Shown here one piece after another: positions 35,795-45,208 of a stretch of 64,000 bases of DNA; position 1 is the first letter of the stretch; each line of letters begins with the position of its first letter. Source of the DNA: Acinetobacter phage vB_AbaSI_3; the sequence record PQ382034.1. One strand, written 5' to 3'. Made by a program: the position numbers and the translations under genes. The notes beneath the pieces were generated by a model. That model worked only from the letters and a program-made list of their open reading frames with translations, had not been told where the DNA came from and did not search any database.

Positions 35795-36913
35795 TTACTC
35801 CAATAATGCCTTTTCCCACATCGCGTACACACGAGATGGATTGTATTGTTCATATAATGCATTAGCACGTGCAACACGTTGTTCATATGTGTCTTCGAAC
35901 TCATTTAATGCTTTAGAATATGCGGCAATAATATCATTAGTTGACATACCTTCTTCAATCCAAACAACTTTAGTTAATGGATCATGTTCAAGTGTTGCAT
36001 GGCTATAACCACGTTTGATGAGTTGAAGTACAGGCACACCTTTCTCAATAGCTTCCAATGAACCGTGTTCAATAGTGCCTGTGTCATGACAAGTGTTAAC
36101 AAGGACTAGCGCTTCGGCTAATGTTGCCTGGATAGTTGCACGCGGAACATCAATATGTACAAAAGGCTCTTTGAGATATTTCTTAGGTGGTGCCCATTGA
36201 CTTGGCAGGAATGCAGCAATTTTATGATGAGATTTACTCATTGCTTCTAAAGCTACATTTGTCTTTCTGAATTTCAAATCATAGCGCTGTGCTGAAACTA
36301 CAACACCATTAGAAGGCAGCACTTTAGGGCGATTTTCGATTAATGTAGCCGGGAAGAAATTATCTGAGATGATGTCATGCTCTTGCCAATAATCAAAATC
36401 AATTGCACCTTTAGCAACTTTGATATTCATTTTTGAATACACTTGTGCTGTAAGGTCTTTAAATGTTTGAGTTGGCACAAGATTCTTGCCGCCATTTTGG
36501 TGAATAAAAACAGCAGTACGCCAAATTGAAACAAGTGTTCGAATACTAGGATCGAGTGGCGTTGCTAAAAGGTTTCGAATTTTAGGTCCTAACCCGAGTT
36601 TGATCAAGCCATTGATAACACCTTTTGCACCTTCAACAGTAACAACTACATCATATTTTGAATGGTCCAATTGTGAAATTTTGTCAATGATTTTGTTACC
36701 GTGTTTGATAGTGTACTTGTCTACAATTGGGTAGTCAATAGATATTGCATTGACTTTATATGGGCCAAAGTTTTCATCACCGAACGCCATGTAATCGATT
36801 TCATGGTGCTTACTCATTGTTTTGATGAAATTCAATTGAACTGATTCTAAGCCACCAGAAATATAATCAGCATTAAAAGTAATAAATCGACATGGAATGT
36901 ATAAAATTTTCAT
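35795..36913 (-). CDS. GT-B fold glycosyltransferase, paralog 1 (candidate hmC-DNA glycosyltransferase)
   Basis: 372 aa. C-terminal E...G.PV-type motif (NTCHDTGTIEHGSLEAIEKGVPVLQL). About 45% identical to the neighbouring paralog. Located between genes 41 and 42, where T4 has beta-gt. Confidence 0.7.
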   Translation of the reverse strand: MKILYIPCRFITFNADYISGGLESVQLNFIKTMSKHHEIDYMAFGDENFGPYKVNAISIDYPIVDKYTIKHGNKIIDKISQLDHSKYDVVVTVEGAKGVINGLIKLGLGPKIRNLLATPLDPSIRTLVSIWRTAVFIHQNGGKNLVPTQTFKDLTAQVYSKMNIKVAKGAIDFDYWQEHDIISDNFFPATLIENRPKVLPSNGVVVSAQRYDLKFRKTNVALEAMSKSHHKIAAFLPSQWAPPKKYLKEPFVHIDVPRATIQATLAEALVLVNTCHDTGTIEHGSLEAIEKGVPVLQLIKRGYSHATLEHDPLTKVVWIEEGMSTNDIIAAYSKALNEFEDTYEQRVARANALYEQYNPSRVYAMWEKALLE

Positions 36914-36947
36914 GTTTCATCTCAAAGAAAGTGTAGTAGTATTTATG

Positions 36948-36965
36948 GAGCCCGAAGGCTCCAGT
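36948..36965 (-). terminator. hairpin between the two GT genes
   Basis: GGAGCC-CGAAG-GCTCC. Confidence 0.4.
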
Positions 36966-36972
36966 TTCAAAG

Positions 36973-38094
36973 TTATTTTAAAACATTTTCCCAGAGTTTG
37001 AAATATGCTTCTTCGTTAAATTTGTTGTAAAGATATTCAGCCCGAGCAACACGTTGTTCATATGTATCTTCAAACTCATTTAATGCTTTAGCATACATCT
37101 CGATTAATTCTTGAGTACTTGTGCCTTCTTCAAATTCAACTCGAACAGTATTAGGGTCGTACTCAAATGTAGCATGGTTGTATCCTTTTTGAATGAGTTG
37201 AAGTACTGGCGTACCTTGAGAAATAGCTTCAAGCGATCCATTTTCTACTGTACCAGTGTTGTGGCACGTATTGACAAGAAGTTTGGCAGTTGAAATTTCT
37301 TTTTGTATGGTTTGGCGTTTGGCATCGATAATGACCCAGTGATCTTTCTCCAGCCATTTTTTGCCAGGTGCCCATTTCGATGGACAGAATGCGATCTTAG
37401 GCCCATCAAATAAATCCATTGCACCGAATGCAACATTAGATTTTCTGAATGCATTGTCAAACCGTTGGGCTTGTACAATATGCCCTTCAGAATGAAGGAC
37501 TTCAGGTTTATTTGCAATCAAAATCGGCGGATAAAATTCATCTGCAATAATATCATGCTTTTGCCAATAATCAAAATCAATGACTTCTGCAGCAATACGT
37601 TCATTCATTTTAGAATAAACCTTTGCAGCTAAATCTTTAAATGTTTGAGTAGGAACGATATTCTTTCCGCCAAGTTTATGGACCATTACTGCATTGTTCC
37701 AGCATTGTACGATACCACGAACTGATGGGTCAAGTGGAGTAGCAAGAATATTACGAACCTTTGAAATTTGTCCGAGCTCTGCTAATGTATTAAGAACCAT
37801 TTTACTGCCTTCAATGATCACAATAGCATCGTACTGGTCCCAGTCTGTGATTTCTTGAAGTTTGTACTTGATTTTATATGCATGTGCGGTAGTGAACTTT
37901 GCGCCAATAGGTTTATCAATTGATAATTCGTTAACTTTAACACTGCCGAAGTTTTCGTCGCCAAATGAAACGTAATCGATATCATGCACTTTTGACAAGT
38001 TGACAATAAAATTATACTGAACCGCTTCAAGACCGCCAGCAACACGATCAATATCAAATGGCACTGAACGGCAAGGTAAGTATAAAATTTTCAT
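36973..38094 (-). CDS. GT-B fold glycosyltransferase, paralog 2
   Basis: Start trimmed to the ATG at 38094 (GGAG Shine-Dalgarno, 1 nt after the upstream TAA). It then begins MKILYLPCR like paralog 1 (MKILYIPCR). Motif NTCHNTGTVENGSLEAISQGTPVLQL. Confidence 0.7.
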   Translation of the reverse strand: MKILYLPCRSVPFDIDRVAGGLEAVQYNFIVNLSKVHDIDYVSFGDENFGSVKVNELSIDKPIGAKFTTAHAYKIKYKLQEITDWDQYDAIVIIEGSKMVLNTLAELGQISKVRNILATPLDPSVRGIVQCWNNAVMVHKLGGKNIVPTQTFKDLAAKVYSKMNERIAAEVIDFDYWQKHDIIADEFYPPILIANKPEVLHSEGHIVQAQRFDNAFRKSNVAFGAMDLFDGPKIAFCPSKWAPGKKWLEKDHWVIIDAKRQTIQKEISTAKLLVNTCHNTGTVENGSLEAISQGTPVLQLIQKGYNHATFEYDPNTVRVEFEEGTSTQELIEMYAKALNEFEDTYEQRVARAEYLYNKFNEEAYFKLWENVLK

Positions 38095-38095
38095 A

Positions 38096-38638
38096 TTATG
38101 CTCCAATAAAATTTTCAAGGGTTAAATCATAAACAACATCAGTAAATGATTTAGCTTCATTAATATTGTTGTGTACATCATGATCGAGGATTTTATATGG
38201 AGTTATATTAAATTCATCATATACTTCATTAAACCGATCCACAATTGCATTGAATTGATCTTCACTTACTGTAATTAAATCATCAGTAAAGCTATCTACA
38301 AGTTTGTTTCGTGTTAGCCCAATAACCAAGACTTCATTGTTTTGAATGAAACGTCTGAAATCTTCTTTGAAGATTTCAACTGGCTTTCCACGAAGAACAC
38401 TTTCATATACAATGTTACTTAAACCGCCTCGATCCAAAACATAGGTTTTACTGTTATCGACATAATTTAACATTGTTTCAAAAATTGCGACTTCATTTCG
38501 AGTTAGACAAGTGAAACGTCCTTCACTTGTCCTTTTCGGAAATTCCATCAAGGTTACATCAAAATGACGAGTAAGATTGCTAATCAAAGTTGTCTTACCA
38601 GCATTATCAGGCCCTTCTACAAGAATTATTTTTGCCAT
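38096..38638 (-). CDS. P-loop nucleotide/nucleoside kinase (dNK/TMPK-like)
   Basis: 180 aa. Walker A VEGPDNAGKTT at the N-terminus. Size and layout resemble a deoxynucleoside/dNMP kinase. Confidence 0.65.
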   Translation of the reverse strand: MAKIILVEGPDNAGKTTLISNLTRHFDVTLMEFPKRTSEGRFTCLTRNEVAIFETMLNYVDNSKTYVLDRGGLSNIVYESVLRGKPVEIFKEDFRRFIQNNEVLVIGLTRNKLVDSFTDDLITVSEDQFNAIVDRFNEVYDEFNITPYKILDHDVHNNINEAKSFTDVVYDLTLENFIGA

Positions 38639-39570
38639 ACATCTTCACCAGGTTGAATAACTACTTCATCATATGAAGGCATTATATACTCACTAATGAT
38701 GTTAGCATCAAAATAAATCAATTCACCTAACCCGGGATGAAACACATTTTGTGGATTTTCGTTGTAGATAATTGTCGGACGCTGAGACAACGTAATGTAA
38801 TACGCGATCTTTGACATTTTAACATCCATGATGGTTACATCTGGATATAGCTCGGCAATCTGATCTTTAAAATCGACATATGTGTCATTTGGATCTGTGA
38901 TAATGAGCATATTACCAGTTTCTGCACAATCTTTTACAACATCCATGAATCTATAACATTTGTCAGAGAGTCTGAATGGAAAGAATACAATATTAGAACC
39001 CATGTGCTGAGTGTCATCGATATTTTTAATATATCGTGCAATGACATCAGGATTGACTACCTTTTGAGTCATCACAATTTTATCTGCATCGATTCCATGA
39101 GCAATAAATTCTGCTCGTTGAGATTCATTCAATACAAATACTTTAATAGATTGCCGTGCAGTTTCAAGATCAGATTCCCACCATTTATCAATGTATGGAC
39201 GATCTAATCCAGGAACTTTGGAAATATTTGCATTGAAAATAAATTCATGAACTCCATTATAACCAGTGACATCAGTTATTAATACGTCGATGTTGTTTAT
39301 TCGCATAATTTCATCAACATTAGATTCATTCCAATACCAGAACCATTGGCGAGTTTCTTCAGCATTAGTACCATAATGAAATTGTACAAAGTTGAAATCT
39401 GGAAATAAGAATTCTAATTCAGATTTGTCTGAAATGTTGAATGGTACAGCAATCAAATCACCTTTCTGTGCACGATGTAGATGCAACTGAAAGTTGCCGT
39501 CTTTGAGGACGGCATACTTTCTAGTTTCATATGATCGCATCGAAAAAATTGGTACAATCATTCTAGCCAT
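38626..39570 (-). CDS. hypothetical protein in the modification operon
   Basis: 314 aa with no recognised motifs. Flanked by gene 42 and the kinase. Confidence 0.45.
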   Translation of the reverse strand: MARMIVPIFSMRSYETRKYAVLKDGNFQLHLHRAQKGDLIAVPFNISDKSELEFLFPDFNFVQFHYGTNAEETRQWFWYWNESNVDEIMRINNIDVLITDVTGYNGVHEFIFNANISKVPGLDRPYIDKWWESDLETARQSIKVFVLNESQRAEFIAHGIDADKIVMTQKVVNPDVIARYIKNIDDTQHMGSNIVFFPFRLSDKCYRFMDVVKDCAETGNMLIITDPNDTYVDFKDQIAELYPDVTIMDVKMSKIAYYITLSQRPTIIYNENPQNVFHPGLGELIYFDANIISEYIMPSYDEVVIQPGEDVWQK

Positions 39571-39575
39571 ATCAT

Positions 39576-40283
39576 TTATCCTAAAAAGTTCTTAACGTAA
39601 TCCAAATCACGTTCAAATACATGTGCAGATACAATTGAGTGTGCATAAGTGCCAAGTCCTACACCACATTCTTTAGCAACATGTTCCATGAATCGATGCA
39701 TAAGATAAAAATCTAATTGCATTACCACTGCACAGTTTTGACTACGCATATGAGTATGCATGTACAAACGTCCTTCACGAATATAAAAGGTAATAGAATC
39801 TGTACATGGATATTCTAAAGTTTCATCTGAATCTAAAAGAACTTGGTCTTGCTCCTGAAGAATTTGGAAAACTACTCGTCGTGAGTTTGGTTTTTCTTTA
39901 AGTTCTTTAATAAGAGCTGGCATTTGGGCGGCGATTCGTGGCCCGTAGAAGGTGTTGAAATTCGAAGGAAGAGTATCCGTCTTCGGCTTTGCAATGAACT
40001 TCGCGACATTTGGATACTCCTTAAACGCTTGTTCCGCATCTGTGCCACCTTGAATCATGAATTCCCAGAATTTTTCTGCATAACCATAATCAATACGATT
40101 GATACGTTTGTCTTTAAATGTTGCACCAACATCTGGAAGTGCTACCTCTAAAAGAATTGATCCGATTTCACGACATTTGCCGATACGAGAATCCGTGACA
40201 AATTCAGGTTCAGTAATCACTAGATAATTGAGGCGTTTGAATGCTTCTTCAAATGTGCTAGCTAAAATATACTTTGTCATCAA
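39576..40283 (-). CDS. 42: dCMP hydroxymethylase gp42 (thymidylate-synthase fold)
   Basis: 235 aa. NSRRVVFQI (T4 DSRRGIMIY), CTDSITFYIREGRLYMHTHMRSQN (T4 CTNTVQYLIRDKKINAVVNMRSND), and C-terminal S.HVF (T4 SLHVY). Confidence 0.85.
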   Translation of the reverse strand: MMTKYILASTFEEAFKRLNYLVITEPEFVTDSRIGKCREIGSILLEVALPDVGATFKDKRINRIDYGYAEKFWEFMIQGGTDAEQAFKEYPNVAKFIAKPKTDTLPSNFNTFYGPRIAAQMPALIKELKEKPNSRRVVFQILQEQDQVLLDSDETLEYPCTDSITFYIREGRLYMHTHMRSQNCAVVMQLDFYLMHRFMEHVAKECGVGLGTYAHSIVSAHVFERDLDYVKNFLG

Positions 40284-40675
40284 TTCACCTCTGGGACATA
40301 TGGTTGTTTAGATAATAATTCATTGTTACGAAAAGCATCTTTGAATTCTTTAGGGTTCAACGCCTTATCATCAATGATCCAGTCATAAACCGGCTTATGA
40401 GTTATTAAGTGGTGATATTTCAATCCGATTTTCTTGAGATTTTTTATTAAAGGTGGCAAGATAATCGAATCAATTAATTCTGGGCCTACTGACTTCATGC
40501 CTCTGGCTGTGAACAGCGTGATTGTATGCCCTTGATCATATAACGAATTAATAGTATCAACCATCTGTTGGTCTGGAACGAAATTCTCATAATCTCGATT
40601 ATCATTCCAGACAGTAATGGTGTTATCGATATCTATGCAAAAATGTTTTGCACCAGTCATTAAAGTTTCTCCCAA
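40280..40675 (-). CDS. HAD-superfamily phosphatase
   Basis: 131 aa. Motif I CIDIDNTIT (DxDxT). ATGA-coupled to gene 42. Confidence 0.7.
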   Translation of the reverse strand: MGETLMTGAKHFCIDIDNTITVWNDNRDYENFVPDQQMVDTINSLYDQGHTITLFTARGMKSVGPELIDSIILPPLIKNLKKIGLKYHHLITHKPVYDWIIDDKALNPKEFKDAFRNNELLSKQPYVPEVN

Positions 40676-42321
40676 TGCATACCATCAATGAATTTATTTG
40701 GACGATATTTTTCACCGGTTTCTAAATCAATTAAGAGCCATTTATCAGGATTTTTGGTTGTCAATGTAGCGCTGACTAATCCTGTGTCATACGCTACTGA
40801 ACCATCCTGAAGACGTCGTCCCATGTGACTAAGTGTTTTCGATAACAAATACATGCCATAGTAGTATGCACTTACAGCTTTAAGTGGATTGTTTTTGAAA
40901 TATCCCGCAAGCGCGATCCAAATAACAGCAACCCATAAATGATGATACTCATTAAATGGTTCTGCATCAACATTTGTCAAGCCTAATGGCTCAATATTCA
41001 CAATAGCTGAATCGCCATCAATCGATAATCCACCCCACATAGGATCCGCATTAAATTTATCATAACCAGTTAATGCATAAAATACTTTAGCTTCATCATA
41101 AATTCGTGGACCATAAATTTTTGTTTTGCCAAAGTATCCACGTGGATCAATCAAACGAACTTTGCCTTTATCATCTAACATCAAGTTACTAAAGTTCGGG
41201 TCGCCATGAATAATATAGTAATCTTTGTCAGAGGCTTCATACATTAAATGGGCGTATGCTTGTTCAAGCATAGTTTCTAAACGTCCAATTTTATGATGAT
41301 TCACATATTGAATATTGCCAAATGATTGTATTAGTCCTTTAATTTCATTACAACGAGCTAAAACTTTATCGACGACTTCATAACGATAGTCTTCAGCGAT
41401 TTGTTCACGCGATGTGAATTCATTCATTTTAGGGAACTTAAGTGTTTCAAGAATTTCTGTGAGCATTTCTGGTTTATATGCCTCAAACATTGGAACACCT
41501 TTAATTCGTTCCATTTTAAAAGACGTATATTCACCAAAATCACGTCGATCAATGATTTTTGGCACCGCATCACTTTCTACACTATCGTACCATGCAAGTT
41601 CTTCACGTTGAAGTTCTCGCCCCTTTTCATTCAATGCAGTTTTATACACAACATCATTTGCTATTGTAATTGAATTAAATTCTCGATTTAATTCACGGTG
41701 ACGATGTGCGTGTTGGAGTTTTGGTTTATCACCAAGATCAATAAGATTAATCAATTCTTCTTGATACATATTTTTTGCATCAAGCAATTCTACAAAATCA
41801 CGTCCTTTGAAGAATTCGTTCGCTTCATCTTTATCATCAAAGTTACTAATAAAGAAATCTTTAAATTGATAGATGCCGACAACATTACCACCTGTACCAC
41901 CAGTTTCAGTTAATGTTTTGCCATCAAAATTATATCGGCATTCATCACCAAATGTATAAACCGAATTGCTATTCCATGAGAATGCATCAAATTGTGGAAT
42001 GACATCACACCAATTGAATACTACATTATGCAGATTGATCAAATGAGAAATTCGAGAAATTGCATAAGCCGAGCCATAAGCTTCATCAACAGTTTCAACA
42101 ATTATGTCTAACTTGAAAACCTTTGCATACTCACGTACTTGTTCTGCAAATTTGCTATGTACAACCACAATAATTTCATCTGCACCTAATTTTTTGTAGA
42201 TGCCATGCAAATGATGTAGAATTGTATGCTGTTTGTAGTTCACCAAAACTTTAGGAATATGATGTGTGATAGGATACAAACGAGTAGCTAAGCCTGCACC
42301 TAAAATAACCGCTTTTTTCAT
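40660..42321 (-). CDS. bifunctional sugar-1-phosphate nucleotidyltransferase (N-terminal) / APH-choline-kinase-fold sugar kinase (C-terminal)
   Basis: 553 aa. N-terminal ILGAGLATRLYPIT..PK.LV matches the NDP-sugar pyrophosphorylase G.G.R(L) signature. C-terminal HGDPNFSNLML....VRLIDP matches Brenner kinase motif HxDxxxxN...D. Confidence 0.75.
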   Translation of the reverse strand: MKKAVILGAGLATRLYPITHHIPKVLVNYKQHTILHHLHGIYKKLGADEIIVVVHSKFAEQVREYAKVFKLDIIVETVDEAYGSAYAISRISHLINLHNVVFNWCDVIPQFDAFSWNSNSVYTFGDECRYNFDGKTLTETGGTGGNVVGIYQFKDFFISNFDDKDEANEFFKGRDFVELLDAKNMYQEELINLIDLGDKPKLQHAHRHRELNREFNSITIANDVVYKTALNEKGRELQREELAWYDSVESDAVPKIIDRRDFGEYTSFKMERIKGVPMFEAYKPEMLTEILETLKFPKMNEFTSREQIAEDYRYEVVDKVLARCNEIKGLIQSFGNIQYVNHHKIGRLETMLEQAYAHLMYEASDKDYYIIHGDPNFSNLMLDDKGKVRLIDPRGYFGKTKIYGPRIYDEAKVFYALTGYDKFNADPMWGGLSIDGDSAIVNIEPLGLTNVDAEPFNEYHHLWVAVIWIALAGYFKNNPLKAVSAYYYGMYLLSKTLSHMGRRLQDGSVAYDTGLVSATLTTKNPDKWLLIDLETGEKYRPNKFIDGMHWEKL

Positions 42322-42388
42322 AATTAAAAATCCTAAAAGAGTTGTGATACAACTTATAATATCACAACTCTCAATTAAAGTACAATGC

Positions 42389-43018
42389 TTATTTAGATTC
42401 TGCTCTGAGCATAGCTCCTAATGAGCCACCAGGATGGTAAGAATAAAAGTCTTCGCGGGTGAATTGTAAATAATCTGAAAGTGTTACGCCGATAGTGTCA
42501 AGTAGTGTTAATAGAACCGTGGTGCTGGTAGTTGGTGCCAATTGATTGACATCACACTCTACAATATTCGGTACACCGAATTCCATATCAAATGGTGCTT
42601 TTTGCTCTTCAGTTAATTGGCTATTGCAGTGCAACAAGATTTGAAGAACATTAGGACGAATAGTCTTCAAATGACGTGCCATATATTGCATTTCTTCTGT
42701 TTTACCAGAACGCGAAACATGGATAACTACGTCATCATGTCCGATAAATCCTGCATCGCCATGAGAATAATGACATGTATTTAAGTACATAGACGGGATG
42801 CCAAGGCTCGCAAATGATTCTGATGCTTTAGTGGCCAAGTTTGAGTTTTTGCCGACGCCAGTAATCATAATACGTTGTCGATAATTTGATGCTGCCACAG
42901 GCTTCAAAATTTCAAGTAACTTTTCATATTTCACTTGATTTTCTGCAATAAAATCGCCTAGTATTTTAAGCGCCTGTTGTTGAGCCGCTACTACATCTAA
43001 TGCTAATTTGATACTCAT
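42389..43018 (-). CDS. SIS-domain sugar-phosphate isomerase, KdsD/GutQ (arabinose-5-phosphate isomerase)-like, without CBS domains
   Basis: 209 aa. GVGKNSNLATKASESFASLGIPSMYLNTCHYSHGDAGFIGHDDVVIHVSRSGKTEE aligns with E. coli KdsD [56 protein letters not shown]. Confidence 0.8.
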   Translation of the reverse strand: MSIKLALDVVAAQQQALKILGDFIAENQVKYEKLLEILKPVAASNYRQRIMITGVGKNSNLATKASESFASLGIPSMYLNTCHYSHGDAGFIGHDDVVIHVSRSGKTEEMQYMARHLKTIRPNVLQILLHCNSQLTEEQKAPFDMEFGVPNIVECDVNQLAPTTSTTVLLTLLDTIGVTLSDYLQFTREDFYSYHPGGSLGAMLRAESK

Positions 43019-43053
43019 AATGTTTACCTCTAAATTATGGAACTATTATATCA

Positions 43054-43377
43054 TCAATCTTTCAAAATTGATCTGCTTATAGAAAAGTGAATTTTGGCAG
43101 GTTCATAATGGCGCCCTTGTTCAAATTCTCTAGTGAAACGAATTGAGAGTTGTGTTTTATTCATTCGAACAAAATTTGTATCGATGTACTCAAACAACTC
43201 TTTTATTGCACTTGCACTTTTTTCGCCGTTGAAGTATACATGAGTCCACATCTCATTATCAGGCGAGCTGATAATTCGATCTTTAAGAATGTGCTCAGCT
43301 TCAGTTACAATAGCTTCAGCTTCTGCATGGTTGATGAAACGTGGAGTCTCGCTCAATAATTTTTTAAAGTTAATCAT
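43054..43377 (-). CDS. hypothetical protein
   Basis: 107 aa. Confidence 0.4.
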   Translation of the reverse strand: MINFKKLLSETPRFINHAEAEAIVTEAEHILKDRIISSPDNEMWTHVYFNGEKSASAIKELFEYIDTNFVRMNKTQLSIRFTREFEQGRHYEPAKIHFSISRSILKD

Positions 43378-43829
43378 TAGTACAAGTTCTCCGAATAAAG
43401 AGTTCCGCCTTTAGATGTGTCACCACCTACACGACAAACAATTTGCTGTTGCTCTGCCGCAATTTTCCAAGCTTCTTGGCGATCAACAAATCGATGTTTA
43501 TTTGTTAAGAAGCCTTGTACTTCTGTTTCACGGTATAGGATTGTTTCACCGCTATTGTGTCCAACAAATGACGAATACATCACATCACATGCGTGGCGAA
43601 CACCTGCAATTACAACTTTGTTTCCATTGTGATCTGTGTACTGGTTTGCAGCACAAACAATACGTTCAGGTACAATATGTGTTCGGCCTTCAGGTAATTT
43701 GTTAATATCATATTTAGGCAAATCAGTCAATTCTTCACATTTCTGTTGCCATGCCATGTTTGCATGTGCCAAATGATTAACTTCAAATTCATGTACCTGT
43801 TTTAATTTTGAAACTTCTGCTTCAGACAT
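43377..43829 (-). CDS. hypothetical protein
   Basis: 150 aa. Conserved-looking core (IVCAANQYTDHNGNKVVIAGVRHACDVMY) with no family assignment. Confidence 0.45.
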   Translation of the reverse strand: MSEAEVSKLKQVHEFEVNHLAHANMAWQQKCEELTDLPKYDINKLPEGRTHIVPERIVCAANQYTDHNGNKVVIAGVRHACDVMYSSFVGHNSGETILYRETEVQGFLTNKHRFVDRQEAWKIAAEQQQIVCRVGGDTSKGGTLYSENLY

Positions 43830-43830
43830 T

Positions 43831-44184
43831 TTATTTGACTCCCATGCATGTATCTAATAATGTACGATAGTGTTTTGAATTAAGATAGCCAAACCGGAAA
43901 ACAGTCTCATCGATTGCCATTTGGCGACAAATCTGAACTGCGATAACTTCTGGTGAAATTTGTGGTTTGTTTCGTAGTTGTTCCATTACAGGACGCTCAC
44001 GTTCTACTGCATCATCAATATGTGTCTGAAGCATCTTGCGATGATTTTGCATATCTTCTTCTAAATCAATTCGACGTTGTTGATCAGCTAAACATCGTTT
44101 GTCCCATCCTTTGCACATTTGTATATCTTCAGCAAAAGATAAACTTGGAATAGCTAATGCTAGTGCAATCAATACAAATTTCAT
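43831..44184 (-). CDS. hypothetical secreted protein
   Basis: 117 aa with an N-terminal signal peptide (LALAIPSLSFA-ED). Confidence 0.45.
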   Translation of the reverse strand: MKFVLIALALAIPSLSFAEDIQMCKGWDKRCLADQQRRIDLEEDMQNHRKMLQTHIDDAVERERPVMEQLRNKPQISPEVIAVQICRQMAIDETVFRFGYLNSKHYRTLLDTCMGVK

Positions 44185-44477
44185 TACATTGCTCCTAATA
44201 AGCTTGCTATAATTGCAAGGTCACCGACACCTGCTATAGCAACAATTAGTAATAAGACTAATGCAAATGCGATAGATTTTAAAGTATTCATCACACCGAT
44301 CGATATTGCAGCTATGATAAATGCAATGAATGTTGTTACGCCCATTGTAACGAAGCCAAGTAAGTTTAGAATAACTACAAGGACTGTAATCGCAGTAGAA
44401 CTCTTATAGAATACTACCATTGCAATAGGAAATATTGACAAAAATAACGCTACGATACTTCCAACTAAGAGACTCAT
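44184..44477 (-). CDS. hypothetical polytopic membrane protein at the imm position
   Basis: 97 aa, about three TM helices. It sits between genes 42 and 43, where T4 carries imm. Confidence 0.45.
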   Translation of the reverse strand: MSLLVGSIVALFLSIFPIAMVVFYKSSTAITVLVVILNLLGFVTMGVTTFIAFIIAAISIGVMNTLKSIAFALVLLLIVAIAGVGDLAIIASLLGAM

Positions 44478-44785
44478 GAGGCGTCTCCTTTAAGTAAAAT
44501 TAACTCGGTTGTAGTATAGTTAAGTTGATCAATAGCGATACAAGTATCTTCCCATTGTTTAACAACATCCTGAACTTCAGCAATGACTTCGTAGTCAGTT
44601 CCTGGATAGTTGTCCCAATCTTCTGCACGTCGGATCGGTTCATCACTAAATGCGGTAATAGTTCCATCTTTGTCGACTGCTACATGAGCAGCCCATTCTG
44701 GTAAGTATACTGTTACAGGACCAGTTTTTTCAGAACCTGAGATTAGTGTAACATTTAACGCATGTGGATAGTAAGTAATTTTCAT
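44474..44785 (-). CDS. hypothetical protein
   Basis: 103 aa. Confidence 0.4.
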   Translation of the reverse strand: MKITYYPHALNVTLISGSEKTGPVTVYLPEWAAHVAVDKDGTITAFSDEPIRRAEDWDNYPGTDYEVIAEVQDVVKQWEDTCIAIDQLNYTTTELILLKGDAS

Positions 44786-44837
44786 GACGATTTCCTCATT
44801 AGGAATAATTATTTGATAGAGCTATTATAATACCACA

Positions 44838-44870
44838 AAAGGCAAAAGTAAATAAAAACTTTTGCCTTTT
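44838..44870 (-). terminator. terminator hairpin (12-bp stem)
   Basis: AAAGGCAAAAGT-aaataaaa-ACTTTTGCCTTT. Confidence 0.45.
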
Positions 44871-44875
44871 GATAA

Positions 44876-45175
44876 TTAACCGAAACGCCTTGTAAGATGT
44901 TCAACCATATTGTCTGCAATAGATGCAGCTGATGAAGAAACTCCATCGCATCCACGAAGGACACCGCTATTTGGCAGATATGCCAATGCACAAGCCTTCC
45001 AGAATTCACGCTTCTCTAATTCTGTGATTGCGGGAATAGGTGTACTAAAAAGCTGGTATTCGCGAGCTTCATCTACCGATACAGTAGTTTTACATTTAGT
45101 ACAACGAACTTTAGGTGGACTACTTAGCAATACTGCGTCGAAATTAAATTCATGATTGCATAATAAACTGTTCAT
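44876..45175 (-). CDS. hypothetical protein with zinc-ribbon-like Cys pairs
   Basis: 99 aa. CNH...CTKC, and C..C-like spacing near the C-terminus. Confidence 0.4.
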   Translation of the reverse strand: MNSLLCNHEFNFDAVLLSSPPKVRCTKCKTTVSVDEAREYQLFSTPIPAITELEKREFWKACALAYLPNSGVLRGCDGVSSSAASIADNMVEHLTRRFG

Positions 45176-45208
45176 AACTTACCTCTAGAGGGCATAGAGC
45201 CCTCGGTT

